From: Candidatus Saccharimonadia bacterium
Lineage (GTDB): Bacteria; Patescibacteriota; Saccharimonadia; UBA4664
Length of the DNA stretch: 64,000 nucleotides
Assembly (NCBI GenBank): GCA_035544015.1
Contig: DATKIP010000012.1
Location: 182,393 to 246,392 of the forward strand
Direction of reading: 5' to 3'
This document shows positions 26,196 to 35,253 of this stretch, one piece after another (positions within the stretch are counted from its first letter, which is position 1; each line of letters starts with the position of its first letter). The translations under genes and the position numbers were made by a program. Below the pieces are notes generated by a model that was not told the origin of the DNA, made no database searches, and saw only the letters and a program-made list of their open reading frames with translations.

Positions 26196-26935
26196 GAGCG
26201 AGTCCGGAGCAGGAAAAACCGCTCCACATTCCCCTCAGCGCCCGACACCGCCGAGTCCATTTCGGCCATAATCTCGAACCGTTCGCGCATCCACAGCCGC
26301 AAATCGCCCAAAACCTCGTCCCGCTCGCCCCCCAGCGGTATCACCCCGTGATATTTATCCGCCAACGCTTTGCCCGCCTCAAATTGCGGCTTCGCCATGG
26401 CCACAAGCAGCCCACCCGGTCTTACCAACGCCGCCGCAACCTCTAGCACTTTGGTAAGCGAGATAAACGACACGTCCATCACCGCCATATCCGCTGGCTC
26501 CGGAATGGCCTTGCCCGCATCGCCGACCGTCACGTCGCGAATATCCGTCTGCTCCATCACTACCACGCGCTCATCTTGCCGCAATCTGTACGCCAGCTGG
26601 CCGGTCCCCACATCCACGCAATACACCCGCGCCGCGCCGTGCTGCAGCGCCAAATCCGTAAACCCGCCCGTCGACGAGCCCACATCGAGCACAATCTTGC
26701 CTCCAAAGTCGAGCCCAAAATGCTCCACTACCGAGGCCAACTTGTCCCCCGCCCGGCTCGCGTATCGCGGCTGGTCCTTCACATGCAGCGAAGTGTCCGC
26801 GTGCACCATCAAGCCAGGCTTCTCCAGCCGCCGCCCCTCCGCCGACACCTGGCCGGCCATAATCAGCGCCTGCGCCTGCGTGCGCGTGGGCGCCAGACCC
26901 CGGGTCACCATCAGCACATCAAGCCGCTGCTTCAC
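26192..26935 (-). CDS. tlyA: TlyA-family rRNA 2'-O-methyltransferase (S4 domain plus FtsJ-like MTase)
   Basis: N-terminal S4-like RLDVLMVTRGLAPTRTQAQALI. VLDVGSSTGGFTD SAM motif. Confidence 0.85.
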   Translation of the reverse strand: MKQRLDVLMVTRGLAPTRTQAQALIMAGQVSAEGRRLEKPGLMVHADTSLHVKDQPRYASRAGDKLASVVEHFGLDFGGKIVLDVGSSTGGFTDLALQHGAARVYCVDVGTGQLAYRLRQDERVVVMEQTDIRDVTVGDAGKAIPEPADMAVMDVSFISLTKVLEVAAALVRPGGLLVAMAKPQFEAGKALADKYHGVIPLGGERDEVLGDLRLWMRERFEIMAEMDSAVSGAEGNVERFFLLRTRS

Positions 26936-26944
26936 GCCAGTCGC

Positions 26945-27514
26945 CTACTTAGCGCGCTCGAGGTAGGCCCCGCTCAAGGTATTCACCTTCACGCGGTCGC
27001 CCTCGTTCACAAACAGCGGCACCATTACCTGCACGCCGGTCTCTAGCGTAGCCGGCTTCAGCGCCGTGGTAGCGGTGTCGCCCTTCACGCCCGGCTCGGT
27101 CTCAGTGACCGCCAACTGCACCGCATTGGGGATTTCAAGGCCAATCACCCGGCCGTTGAACATCTGCAAACCCACCGTCGTCCCATCGGCCACATATTTG
27201 GCCTGATCACCGAGCACTTCAGTGCTCACGGTTTCCTGGTCGTAGGTCTCATTATTCATAAAAACCAGATTGTCGCCCTCACGGTATAGCATCTGCATAT
27301 TCACCCGGCTCACATCGGCCGGCAGAATCTTATCTGAGCTACGGAATGATTTCTCCACCACGCCACCACTCAGCAAATTCTTGAGCTTCACCTGCACCAC
27401 CGCACCACCGCGGCCCATAGCCTTATGCGAGTATTCCACTACGCGGTACGGCGCACCCTCGAGTTCCACTAGCACCCCGATCTTCAGATCCGTGTGTCCG
27501 TAAACCATCGCCAT
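26945..27514 (-). CDS. efp: Elongation factor P
   Basis: 189 aa with KOW-like N-domain. Conserved KxxxGRGGA loop (KAMGRGGAVVQVKLKNL). Confidence 0.9.
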   Translation of the reverse strand: MAMVYGHTDLKIGVLVELEGAPYRVVEYSHKAMGRGGAVVQVKLKNLLSGGVVEKSFRSSDKILPADVSRVNMQMLYREGDNLVFMNNETYDQETVSTEVLGDQAKYVADGTTVGLQMFNGRVIGLEIPNAVQLAVTETEPGVKGDTATTALKPATLETGVQVMVPLFVNEGDRVKVNTLSGAYLERAK

Positions 27515-27520
27515 ATCAGA

Positions 27521-27739
27521 CTACCGAACCGTAAACGGCAGCAAAGCAATGTGACGAGCGCGCTTGAGCGCCACGGCTACGCGCCGCTGGTGACGCAAGC
27601 AGTTACCAGTGCGCTTGCGACCCTCGATCTTGCCGTAGCTCGAGAGGTACCGCTGCAACAGCTTCACGTCCTTGTAGTCGACATAATCGACCTTCTCGGC
27701 GCAAAAGCGGCAGACTTTCTTTGAATAAAAATTAGCCAT
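27521..27739 (-). CDS. rpsR: 30S ribosomal protein S18
   Basis: 72 aa. …[29 protein letters not shown]…. Confidence 0.9.
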   Translation of the reverse strand: MANFYSKKVCRFCAEKVDYVDYKDVKLLQRYLSSYGKIEGRKRTGNCLRHQRRVAVALKRARHIALLPFTVR

Positions 27740-27756
27740 TCGTGTTCCTTAAACCC

Positions 27757-28233
27757 CTAAAACGGGATGTCATCTAAATTAATGTTGGAATTGGCGTCCA
27801 GATCCTGGATCACCACATCGTCGGACTTGGCCGCCGAAGCCGGGTTGCTACCGGCCGACGCGGCACCGCTGCGAGGCTCCCCGCCCCCAACCGGCGCTCC
27901 GCCGGGGCCATCCAGGAAGTTGACGTCGCTCGCCACGATTTCCGTGCGCTGACGCTTCACGCCGTCTTTTTCCCAGCTCTGAGTTTGCAACCGGCCGATC
28001 ACCATCACCTTGCGGCCCTTGGCCAAGTACTGAGCAGCTAGCTCTCCAAGCTTTCCCCAAGCCACAATCTCGTGGTATTCCACCGCCTCTTTACGTTCAC
28101 CGCTCTGATCCATCCAGCTCCGATTGGTGGCCACCGCAAACGATGCCACTTGCTGACCGCTGGGGGTCGAGCGCAATTCCGGATCGCGCGTCAGATTACC
28201 CATAATTATGGCTTGGTTAAAGCTTTTTGCCAT
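27757..28233 (-). CDS. ssb: Single-stranded DNA-binding protein
   Basis: OB-fold N-domain (NQAIIMGNLTRDPELR…), Gly-rich linker, acidic C-terminal DDIPF tail. Confidence 0.9.
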   Translation of the reverse strand: MAKSFNQAIIMGNLTRDPELRSTPSGQQVASFAVATNRSWMDQSGERKEAVEYHEIVAWGKLGELAAQYLAKGRKVMVIGRLQTQSWEKDGVKRQRTEIVASDVNFLDGPGGAPVGGGEPRSGAASAGSNPASAAKSDDVVIQDLDANSNINLDDIPF

Positions 28234-28635
28234 CTACTTGTCTCCCTCTTTCTCGTCTGCTTTCGCTTCGTCTTCACCCTTAGCCTCGGCTACTACCTCG
28301 GCCTTCTTATCACCCCTATCATCTTTTTTGGCTTCAGCGCGAGGAGGATTCTCTTCGTGCACCACCAAAATATGCCGTAGCACTTCTTCCATAATAAGAA
28401 TAGTGCTATCGAGCTGCGCAACGCCCTCAGGTGGCAACGTCACCTCAAAATACACGTAAATAGCAAAGTCCTGACGCGCGATTCGATAAGCCAGGCGCTT
28501 CTTGCCCCAGTTATCGCGCTTCAGAACCTTTCCGCCGGCATCGGCGATGAGATTTTCGACCTTAGTAATCGGCGCTTCCACGTCGATTTCGAGATCGGGG
28601 TGCAACAGCACCATCAACTCATAAGTCTTTTGCAT
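28234..28635 (-). CDS. rpsF: 30S ribosomal protein S6 with acidic C-terminal tail
   Basis: MQKTYELMVLLHPDLE… Start ATG 28635 preceded by AGAAAGGAA. Confidence 0.9.
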   Translation of the reverse strand: MQKTYELMVLLHPDLEIDVEAPITKVENLIADAGGKVLKRDNWGKKRLAYRIARQDFAIYVYFEVTLPPEGVAQLDSTILIMEEVLRHILVVHEENPPRAEAKKDDRGDKKAEVVAEAKGEDEAKADEKEGDK

Positions 28636-28791
28636 TGATTCCTTTCTCTGGAAACCGCGGTGCATTCCCACGGATGCGCCCGGCTCCTGCCGTACGCAAA
28701 AAGGTTAGTGGTTGTAAAACCTTGTAATTGTACCTGGTTTTGGCACCCCCGTCAATCAGTTCGAGCCCTCCGGGCAGTGTACAATGGCCTC

Positions 28792-29322
28792 ATGTATACT
28801 CTGGAGAGCAACCTCACCGGCCAACCCATCATCAGCCTCCAAACCGGCCAGGCCGTCGCCTGGATCGGCGAACCGCTCCTCACCATCACCGCCCTGCAAG
28901 TCATCGCCTTTACCTGTCGCGTAGCTCCCCGCAGCCAAGCCTTCCTGCTCATGACGCGCGACATCCGGCAATTCGCCGCCGATTGCGTCATCATCGACGA
29001 CGAAGACGACCTCACCGACCCAGCCGATATCGTACGACTCAAAGCCGATCTAAAAGACCGCTACTCCCCGCTAGGTCAATCCGTGATAGCCGACACCGGC
29101 CGCCGGCTGGGTTCGGTCGAAGATTACTCAATCAATCTCGATACCAATCGGGTACAAAAGCTTCATATCCGCCGGCCTCTATTTTGGGGCTGGTTTAGCC
29201 CGAATCTCATTATCGACCGCACCCAAATCGTTGATATCACCCCGAGTCATATTACCGTTCGCGACACCACGGTTCAGGATGCCCTGTTAAATACCGATTC
29301 CCTACCCGAAACCCAACCTTGA
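28792..29322 (+). CDS. PRC-barrel-like domain protein (two repeats), hypothetical
   Basis: Two ~80-aa repeats with I-x-D / V-x-D beta-barrel-like signatures. TACAAT 8 nt upstream of the ATG. Confidence 0.45.
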   Translation: MYTLESNLTGQPIISLQTGQAVAWIGEPLLTITALQVIAFTCRVAPRSQAFLLMTRDIRQFAADCVIIDDEDDLTDPADIVRLKADLKDRYSPLGQSVIADTGRRLGSVEDYSINLDTNRVQKLHIRRPLFWGWFSPNLIIDRTQIVDITPSHITVRDTTVQDALLNTDSLPETQP

Positions 29323-29433
29323 TATCGAAAACCTCTTAAGCTACACTGAGGTCAGATAATCGGACCATATCGTGCTAGTCATCCTCATTTTTGCCGTCGC
29401 ATTTGTTCTCGTCTACCGCCTCGTCACCGCCAA

Positions 29434-30057
29434 CTAGTCCAATTCAGACGACACCTCCAGAGCCTCTTTGATGAGATCCCAGCGGTAGCCTTGCCGCTGC
29501 AAATAAGCCGTGAGCTTACGCTCATCTGCATAGCCACTTAATCTGCGTTTGCGCTGGATGAGCTGTTTAAGTGACTCAAGCTCGCTTTCCGGCGCCATAT
29601 CACGCAACGCCACCTCCGCAATATCCCGAGCCACACCTTTCGCGGCCAACTCCTGGGCAAGCCTCAGACGGCTCCGCGGTCTCACCGCTTGCCGGTCCGC
29701 TATCCAAGCCCGTCCAAACCTGAGGTCATCGACCAACCCCAACCCCTCCAGCCGCCCAATCGCGACCTCGATCTCAGCCGGCTCACACCCTTTGCCGGCC
29801 AGATAGTCCGCGAGCTCCCGACGACTGCGCATCCGCACTCCGAGATACCGCAGAGCCAAGGCATACGCCTTGGACTCCTTAGCCTCCGCGCGAAACTCCC
29901 CAATCTGGCCCTCACTGAGCTCCTGGCCCACTCGAATACCGCTATTACTGAGCTCGAGATCGCTCAAACTAAACGCGAAGACCTCATCAATGAACACCCG
30001 GAACAGCACCGCGCCTCTAAGCCGCGACTTTCGCTTTATCGCCGTAACGACCGGCAT
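29434..30057 (-). CDS. recX: RecA regulator RecX
   Basis: Three-helix repeats. Position immediately downstream of recA. Confidence 0.85.
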   Translation of the reverse strand: MPVVTAIKRKSRLRGAVLFRVFIDEVFAFSLSDLELSNSGIRVGQELSEGQIGEFRAEAKESKAYALALRYLGVRMRSRRELADYLAGKGCEPAEIEVAIGRLEGLGLVDDLRFGRAWIADRQAVRPRSRLRLAQELAAKGVARDIAEVALRDMAPESELESLKQLIQRKRRLSGYADERKLTAYLQRQGYRWDLIKEALEVSSELD

Positions 30058-30060
30058 AAT

Positions 30061-31134
<1,074 letters not shown>

Positions 31135-31170
31135 TGTACTGTCCTTTGATCTGGTTATCTATGTGAGCTC

Positions 31171-31200
31171 ATAGTAACCGAACACAAACCGAACTGTCAA
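31171..31200 (-). promoter_or_regulatory. recA promoter TTGACA-N18-TACTAT with direct repeat GTTCGG-N5-GTTCGG in the spacer
   Basis: Minus-strand read ccgTTGACAgttcggtttgtgttcggtTACTATgag. No Cheo-type or E. coli-type SOS box. Confidence 0.45.
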
Positions 31201-31694
31201 CGGTAATTTTGGAAATCGAGCGGAAAGTCAAAAGTCGCCTCGCGCAGCGCCACCATCACCCCCTGCAAATCATCCTTGCTCGTCGAGCTCACCCGCACCA
31301 TATCGCCCTGGATCTGCGCCTTCGCCTTCGGGTATTTGTCGCGAATCAGTTTCGTAATCTGCTTCGCCTTGTCCTGATCCAGCCCCTTCTTAAACGGCAC
31401 GCTCCAGCGCATCTCCTTGCCACCGGCAACCGGATCCTTGCTCACATCCAGCACCTTCAGCGACACGCCACGCTTCACCAACTTGCTCTGGAACATGTCC
31501 AAAATCGCATCGAGCTGGTTCTTCGTCTCCCCCTCTATCTGCACCCCGGTCTTGCCATCCGCAAACTCTAGCTTGGCCGCCGTCCCCTTAAAGTCAAACC
31601 GCTGACCCAGCTCCCGCTGCGCCTGATCCACCGCATTGGTCATCTCGGCCACATCGTAGTCACTGGCCACATCAAACGAAAAATCCTTCGCCAT
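31197..31694 (-). CDS. yajQ: YajQ-family nucleotide-binding protein (UPF0234)
   Basis: MAKDFSFDVASDYD… Full-length similarity pattern of the YajQ family. 165 aa. Confidence 0.85.
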   Translation of the reverse strand: MAKDFSFDVASDYDVAEMTNAVDQAQRELGQRFDFKGTAAKLEFADGKTGVQIEGETKNQLDAILDMFQSKLVKRGVSLKVLDVSKDPVAGGKEMRWSVPFKKGLDQDKAKQITKLIRDKYPKAKAQIQGDMVRVSSTSKDDLQGVMVALREATFDFPLDFQNYR

Positions 31695-31746
31695 CGCTCG
31701 TCTCCCTTATCGCGCCCAGTTTAGCACAAATCAAGCCGCATGAACC

Positions 31747-32724
31747 CTAAGGAATCACCGTATCCTTCGCAAAATCCTGATTGCGCCGAATCTCACCCTC
31801 TTTGCCCAACGGGCTCAGCCGCTTACCCGCCCCCGCCGCGTTCGTCACTGTGAGGCTCGTGGCACCAGCATTGCCGGTCGTAACGTTCACATCCACCTTA
31901 CCCGTAAACACCAAACTCTTGCCCGCCACAAAGGTCCCCCGAAACGCCTCGGCCCCGTCCACGAGCACCACAATCGACGTCGTCTCACTCACACTCACCA
32001 CCACCGCCACTCCGTCGAACACCGCCGCCGGCACTACCGCCTCAGCCGCACTCATCTTGGGCAGTTTAGCCAGCACATTGCGCATCACCACGCTGCTCTT
32101 ACCCAGCTTGCTCCGCGCCACCACCTTGATCGCATTCACCCCGTCTTGCAACGCCACCTTTTCGCTAAAGTTACCATCCGTATCGGTCAGCACCGGCGAC
32201 TCGTTCACGCTCACGTCAGCCCCGGGCGTAGTATGCCCCGCCACATTCACCACCGCGCCGGTCAGCACCACATCAGATTCCGGCGAGTTCACCGTCAAGC
32301 CCGGCGCCGACGCCAAGGCCGAAAATTGCCACAACAGATACCACAGTACGCTCGCCGCCACCACGAGCACACCCCCCACCGCAGCCAATTTACCCGTAAA
32401 CACCAACCGCGGCGCCCGCTCCAGCTGCGGCCGCTTGGTATCAGCCTGCGCCACACCACCACGCTCCCGCACATAATCCGCCGCCACATGCACTCCATCC
32501 AGCCCCAAATGGCTCGCATAGTGCTGCACAAATCCCCGCGAATAAATATCATTCGGCAAACTCGAATAATCCCCCGACTCCAGCGCCGTCAGGAACTTAC
32601 CCCGAATTTTCGTATCAACCTCCACCTGCGCCAAACTCAGCCGCAACGCCTGCCGCCGGGCCTTGAGCTGCTGGCCCACGTGTAATTCCTGACCCGTCTC
32701 AGGCCGCTTCGTATCTTCCCGCAT
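31747..32724 (-). CDS. RodZ-like protein (XRE-type HTH, TM segment, DUF4115-like C-terminal domain)
   Basis: HTH at the N-terminus (LRLSLAQVEVDTKIRGKFLTALESGDY), TM (VGGVLVVAASVLWYLLW), beta-rich C-terminus. Confidence 0.7.
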   Translation of the reverse strand: MREDTKRPETGQELHVGQQLKARRQALRLSLAQVEVDTKIRGKFLTALESGDYSSLPNDIYSRGFVQHYASHLGLDGVHVAADYVRERGGVAQADTKRPQLERAPRLVFTGKLAAVGGVLVVAASVLWYLLWQFSALASAPGLTVNSPESDVVLTGAVVNVAGHTTPGADVSVNESPVLTDTDGNFSEKVALQDGVNAIKVVARSKLGKSSVVMRNVLAKLPKMSAAEAVVPAAVFDGVAVVVSVSETTSIVVLVDGAEAFRGTFVAGKSLVFTGKVDVNVTTGNAGATSLTVTNAAGAGKRLSPLGKEGEIRRNQDFAKDTVIP

Positions 32725-32784
32725 AATTCCATTCTACAGCTAAACAACAGGTAGAGCGCCAGCCGCCTCAGCGCGTCGAGCGCA

Positions 32785-32878
32785 GGCCATAAACCCTAGC
32801 CGCCGCGAACGCCAGACAAAACCACGCATCCACCAAGCAAAGGGGATGAGTTCGCGAGCAAGGCTAGGGTTTATGGCC
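32785..32878. repeat. Intergenic palindromic element, copy B (17-bp perfect terminal inverted repeat ggccataaaccctagcc / ggctagggtttatggcc, inner 7-bp stem cgcgaac/gttcgcg, ~45-bp conserved core)
   Basis: Read directly. The core matches the element at 19213..19294. Lies between the ftsK stop and the rodZ-like start. Confidence 0.55.
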
Positions 32879-32894
32879 GGAGCCAAGCCACAGC

Positions 32895-35114
32895 CTACTC
32901 CTCATACGGCTCCGCCGGCCGCATCGCCTCACCACCACCGCCGCCACCCTGAACCTGATCCAAGCTCGAAATCAACACATCGCGCGGCCGCGCCCCATCT
33001 GCCGGCCCAATGATCCCCCGCTCCTCCAGCAAATCCAGCAGCCGCGCCGCCCGCGCATACCCAATCCTCAACCGCCGCTGCAACATCGAGGCCGATGCCT
33101 TCCCGGCCCGAAACACCGCCTCCGCCGCCTCGTCAAACATATCGTCGTCCGGCTCACCCAGATCGCCCCCGCCCCCGCTGCGCCCGCCGCCCAGCGACAC
33201 CTTCTGCGCCAGCACCTCGTCGTTGTACTGCGGCGCCCGCGCCGAGCGCAAATAATCCGTCACCGCCTTCGTTTCCTTCTCGTCAATGTACACCCCTTGA
33301 ATACGCCGCGGTTTAATGTACTCCGGGCTCGAGAACAACATATCGCCCTTACCTAGCAGCTTCTCCGCCCCCATCTGGTCCAAAATCGTCCGCGAATCAA
33401 TCTGGCTCGCCACACTAAACGCCAACCGCGCCGGAATATTCGCCTTGATGATGCCCGTAATCACGTCCACGCTCGGCCGCTGCGTGGCCAGCACTAGGTG
33501 AATGCCCACCGCCCGCGCCATCTGCGCCAACCGCACGATCAAACTCTCCACATCCGCCGCCGCCAGCACCATCAAGTCCGCCAGCTCATCGATCACAATC
33601 ACGATGTACGGCATCGCCTCGCCTTTGTGCGAAGTGTTGTACTCCACGATGTTACGGTTGCCCACCTCGGCCAGCAGTTTATACCGTCGCTCCATCTCCG
33701 CCACCGCCCATTTCAGTGCCGAAATACACTTCTCCGGCTCCACGATCACGGGCGTCAACAAATGCGGAATATCGTTGTACAACCCCAACTCCACCCGCTT
33801 CGGGTCCACCAGTATCAGCTTCATATCCGCCGGCGAATTCCGGTACAGCAAACTCGTCAGCAACGCGTTAATCATCACCGATTTACCCGAACCCGTCGCC
33901 CCCGCGATCAAAAGATGCGGCATCGCCGCTAGGTCCGAGCTCATCGGCGTGCCACTCACATCGCGCCCCAGCACAAATGTCAGCGGCGCCTTTTGCGATT
34001 CAATTTCGGGCGCGCTCAGCACATCCCGCAGCCGCACTGTCGCAATCTTCTTATTTGGGATCTCCACCCCCACCGCGCTCTTGCCCGGAATCGGCGCCTC
34101 AATGCGAATCGGATGCGCCGCCAAGCTCAGTGCCAGATTCGTATCCAACCCCGTAATCTTATTGAGCTTCACCCCCGCCGGCGGAATAAACGTGTACTGT
34201 GTCACCGTCGGCCCCACGTTCACCTCGCCCATCGTCACGTTAATCCCAAAGCTCTCCATCGTCGACGCAATCGTCTTGGCATTCGCATTCACGTCCCCCG
34301 CATCCGCCTTGGTGCTCGTAGCCTGCAACAAATCCAAACTCGGCGCCTCCCAGGCCTCCTCCGAATTAGCCGTCAGCGCCTCTTGCGGCGCCTCAGCGGC
34401 AGCCGGCGCCGGCTTCTTGAACCCCCCCCCGCCTAGGTTCAAATCACCCCGCACCGGCAACGCCGTCATCGACGCACCCGAGTTATCGTTCACCTTCAGC
34501 TGCAGCTCCGGCTGCTTACCACCAGCCGCCTCATCGTCGTCTACCGCCTTGCCCTCGCGCGTAAACCCACTCAAAATCGCCGTAAACAACGCCTTCAGAT
34601 TGGTATTGGTCGCCAAAATCAAGAAAATCGCCAGCAATGCCACCAGCACAATCGCCGCTGCCACCCCGTTGAGCAACGTCAGCATCCACATGCTAATGGC
34701 GTACCCCAGGTACCCGCCGCCGTACCCGCCCATAGCTGCCAGCTGCGCGTCAGCCCGGCCTATCAACAAATGACACAGTGCCGATAAACTCGCCACCAAG
34801 CCCAAAAACCCAAAATAATTCAGCCCCTTCACCGCATACTTATCCGGCTGAAACAACATCCACGCCAAAGCCCCAAAAATCACCGGCAACACGTAGGCGC
34901 TATAGCCGATCCCAACCCGCAAGCCGTGGAACATACCCGTCACGAGCGACCCGCCAAAATTAAAACACGCAAACGCCAGCAACAGCGCCAGCAGCCCCAG
35001 CACTACCGACGAAATCTCTCGCCGCGCCTCAGGCGACAATTTGGCCGCCTTCGCCCGCGACCGCCGGGTCGTAGCTTTGCGCTTGGTCTTGGTAGAAGTC
35101 TTCTTGGCTGCCAT
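32895..35114 (-). CDS. ftsK: DNA translocase FtsK
   Basis: N-terminal 4-5 TM helices, linker, motor domain with Walker A GATGSGKS. C-terminal gamma (winged helix) domain. Confidence 0.9.
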   Translation of the reverse strand: MAAKKTSTKTKRKATTRRSRAKAAKLSPEARREISSVVLGLLALLLAFACFNFGGSLVTGMFHGLRVGIGYSAYVLPVIFGALAWMLFQPDKYAVKGLNYFGFLGLVASLSALCHLLIGRADAQLAAMGGYGGGYLGYAISMWMLTLLNGVAAAIVLVALLAIFLILATNTNLKALFTAILSGFTREGKAVDDDEAAGGKQPELQLKVNDNSGASMTALPVRGDLNLGGGGFKKPAPAAAEAPQEALTANSEEAWEAPSLDLLQATSTKADAGDVNANAKTIASTMESFGINVTMGEVNVGPTVTQYTFIPPAGVKLNKITGLDTNLALSLAAHPIRIEAPIPGKSAVGVEIPNKKIATVRLRDVLSAPEIESQKAPLTFVLGRDVSGTPMSSDLAAMPHLLIAGATGSGKSVMINALLTSLLYRNSPADMKLILVDPKRVELGLYNDIPHLLTPVIVEPEKCISALKWAVAEMERRYKLLAEVGNRNIVEYNTSHKGEAMPYIVIVIDELADLMVLAAADVESLIVRLAQMARAVGIHLVLATQRPSVDVITGIIKANIPARLAFSVASQIDSRTILDQMGAEKLLGKGDMLFSSPEYIKPRRIQGVYIDEKETKAVTDYLRSARAPQYNDEVLAQKVSLGGGRSGGGGDLGEPDDDMFDEAAEAVFRAGKASASMLQRRLRIGYARAARLLDLLEERGIIGPADGARPRDVLISSLDQVQGGGGGGEAMRPAEPYEE

Positions 35115-35253
35115 ATCCCACCCATTATATCAGACCATAAGGACAATCAATCAGCCAGTCGCCATACCCTCACCGAATTAATTTGGTGTTCAAAATTCTT
35201 ACGCTCGGCATCACCCCGTATTTTGCTTCGCAAAGGCATTCAATCACCCATTA

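Noticed and set aside
29372-29437. Tiny hydrophobic ORF (GTG-LVILIFAVAFVLVYRLVTAN, 21 aa) between the PRC-barrel gene and recX
   Set aside because: It has no convincing SD and is too short to assess, so it is not called as a gene. It could be a small membrane peptide.
31135-31196. Cheo-box (GAAC-N4-GTTC) or E. coli-type SOS box upstream of recA
   Set aside because: Neither motif is present. Only same-orientation GAAC/GTTCGG repeats were found.
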